From assembly GCA_030390025.1 (NCBI GenBank), contig CM059432.1, positions 22,756,001-22,820,000 of the forward strand: a stretch of 64,000 nt of DNA, given 5' to 3'. A program made the translations under genes and the position numbers. This document shows, in pieces, positions 61,395 to 64,000 of this stretch (position 1 is its first letter; each line of letters starts with the position of its first letter). The notes beneath the pieces were generated by a model. It was not told the DNA's origin and did no database searches. It saw only the letters and a list, made by a program, of their open reading frames with translations. This stretch comes from Squalus acanthias (lineage: Eukaryota).

Positions 61395-62535
61395 TAAGAA
61401 CATAAGAATTCAGAGAAGAAGTAGACCATACGGCCCCTCGAGCCTGCTCTGCCATTCAATAAGATCATGGCTGATCTTCGATCTCAACTCCACATTCCCG
61501 CCCAATCTCCATATCCCTTGATTCCCCTAGAGTCCAAAAATCTATCTATCTCAGCCTTGAATATACTCAATGATTCAGCATCCATAGCCTTTTGGGGTAG
61601 CCAATTCCAAGAGAAGAAATTCCTCCTCATCTCAGTCTTAAATGGCCGACCCCTTATCCTGAGACTATGCCCCCTAGTTCTAGACTCTCCAACCAGGGGA
61701 AACAACCTCTCAGCGTCTACCCTGTCAAGCCCCCTCAGAATCTTATATGTTTCAATGAGATCACCTCTCATTCTTCTAAACTCCAGAGAGTATAGGCCCA
61801 ATCTACTCAATCTCTCTTCATAGGACAACCCTCTCATCCCAGGAATCAATCCAGTGAACCTTTGTTGCACCACCTCTAAGGCAAATATATCCATCCTCAG
61901 ATAAGGAGACCAAAACTGTGCACAGTACTCCAGGTGTAGTCTCACCAAAGCCCTTTACAATTGTAGTAAGACTTACTTACTCTTGTACTCCAACCCTCTT
62001 GCAATAAAGACCAACATGCCATTTGCCTCCCTACTTGCCATTTGCTTGCTGTACCTGCATGCTAACTCTCTCTGTTTCCTGTACGAGGACACCTAAATCT
62101 CTCTGAACACCAACATCTAATAGTTTCTCACCATTTTAAAAATATTCTGTTTTTCTATTCTACCTGCCAAAGTGAATAACCTCACATTTCCCCACATTAT
62201 ACTCCATCTGCCACCTTATTGCCCACTCATTTAACCTGTCTATATCCCTTTGCAGGCTCTTTGTGTTCTCCTCACAACTTACTTTCCCACCTAGATTTGA
62301 ATCATCTGCATACTTGGATACATTACACTCGGTCCCTTAATCTAAGTAATTAATATAAATTATAAATAGCTGAGACCCAAGCACTGTTCCTTGCAGTACC
62401 CCACTAGTTACAGCTTGTCAAGCTGAAAATGACCAGTTTATCACCACTCTCTGTTTTCTATCCATTAACCAATCCTCTACCCATGCTAATATATTACCCG
62501 CAACCCCATGTGCCCTTATCTTGCATAATAATCTA
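61395..62535 (-). mobile_element. CR1 3' fragment
   Basis: VRLHLEYCAQFWSPYLR...RRMRGDLIETYK and tail at 61395. Confidence 0.9.
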
Positions 62536-62565
62536 GTGTCAGTTGTCGCTCATTTGGTAGCACTC

Positions 62566-64000
62566 CTGAGGTGGGAGAGGCTAGGAGTGAGCAGGTGCTG
62601 CTGGGTGCTTGATTGCTGCAGGGAGTTGGAATGAGTTTGTAAAAAGTTGGTAGTGGTTTTTTTTTCAGGTTTTAGGGTCTTTTTGGGCTATAAACAACGG
62701 CCACATGGCTGCTAAGGGGCCTGGAGTGCCAGGCTCCTCAGAGGACAATGTTCCCAGGATGAATTTATTCAGGGGAGAAAATGTTGGGGGAGGGAGAATA
62801 AAAGGCCCAAAGATTTGGGCCGGGACACCAGGAGATTTGGAAAAGAAAACACAGTGGTGGTTCTGTGTAAGGATAAGGAGATATGAGTTTGGGATATTAT
62901 CCAAGCGATACATGAGGACTGTGGCAAGGGTAGCTGATTTGCCTGACGACCAAAGCCGAATGTTGGGTTCAAGATGACGGTCAGTGGCCGAGAGGAGGTG
63001 GAAAGACTTTTACTGAGTTTGAAGGTTGGAGATGAGTTGGAGGTATCTCTGCTATATTCTGAAGGGGTGGTGATCTCATTCTTAAACCTGCTGGTTTATA
63101 TTGAGGACGATGAGCTAATAAAAAAGTTGGAGTCGTGGGACATTAAAATTTGCTCAGCAATAAAGAGGAGATACTATCCAGGAATGAGGGTAGCAGATGG
63201 AACCTGCTATATAAAAGTGCGGTTCCCAGAAGGGGTGAAGTCATTGCCGTATAGCATGAAATTCAAGACAATGGAAGGAGTGCAGTACTTCTGGGTACTG
63301 CATGATGACCAGGTGAAGGTTTGTTATTATTGTCTTGGACACGATCATCTTGTAAGAGGCTGTCCAGACTTGTACTGTTATAACTGCAGCGAGTCTGGAC
63401 ACATCGCTTGGAGCTGCAAGGCGGAGAGCTCTGAGGTGTGTCACAAAGGCCCCGCCCACTGTGAGTGTGAGGCAGAAGGATGCCCCTTGAGAGATGAGGA
63501 GGTGGGAGAAGGAGCAGGAAGTGTGAGTGGAGTGGCCGGAGGAGCGGAGCAGGCAGAGGACACAGCTGGCGAATGGAAGGAGGAGAGCACAGGAAGAGAC
63601 AGAAAATTGTGGAGCAGAGAACAGGATGGAGATGGTGGAAAACACACCAAGTACAGTGGAAAAGGACAAATACAGCGAAGGGTAGCACGGGTCGAGGGCA
63701 GAGTCAAGCCATAATATATCTCAGCTCTTCCTAAAGAATCTGGTGTCCGCGGGGGGAGAGGAGGCAGGAGCGCGTTGTGGGGTAAATGTAAGCACTCTAA
63801 AGAAAGATGGGGAGTCAGACATCTCAGGGAGCATGAGGGGGCAAGATAAGGAGAGGGTGCAAGAAGCAGGTGCCTTAAAGGGGCAGCAGGACAGGAGCGG
63901 GGAGACAAAGACACCAGAAAGGGGCAAGATAGGTGAAGATGTGCCATTGTCCCAGAGAGAGAAGAAACGGGGAGCAAGGATCAGTGGTGGAGATGAGGCC
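62566..64000 (+). mobile_element. Tx1/L1-clade non-LTR retrotransposon 5' end with degenerate gag-like ORF1 (CCHC knuckles); runs off window end
   Basis: ORF 62974-63714 RRYYPG..VADGT.YIKVRFP..VKSLPYSMKF followed by CYYCLGHDHLVRGC and CYNCSESGHIAWSC, then a charged low-complexity tail. Confidence 0.8.

Noticed and set aside
62974..63714. Host ZCCHC3-like gene
   Set aside because: The upstream part of the frame has stops and a frameshift, and the context is a retrotransposon 5' end.

Overview
Vertebrate, repeat-saturated non-genic DNA. The repeat families (CR1 LINEs with esterase-type ORF1, Deu-domain tRNA-SINEs, Penelope-like elements, PIF/Harbinger transposons) point to a cartilaginous fish, which is an inference. 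No host protein-coding gene could be identified. The main structure is a nested cluster at 2041-19850. An old minus-strand CR1 is split by a plus-strand CR1 (CR1-A), which is split by an endogenous retrovirus (504-bp TG...CA LTRs, CTAG TSD, gamma-type env). The ERV region holds an intact-ORF, potentially active CR1 (CR1-B), a near-identical 3' copy of it (CR1-C), and a 2.6-kb block from a second, unrelated LTR retroelement (gag knuckle, non-gamma env-like TM, PPT plus LTR start). Both LTRs are followed by the same 21-bp host flank, implying a multi-kb duplication plus solo-LTR formation. The rest contains Harbinger elements and MITEs (one with mismatched ends), Penelope fragments with a minimal hammerhead ribozyme motif, a SINE/LINE pair sharing a 3' tail, a Tx1-type ORF1 and a few TE-free islands, one with a dense TTAATTCAT cluster. 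All calls were made by eye without database searches, and boundaries of old fragments are approximate.
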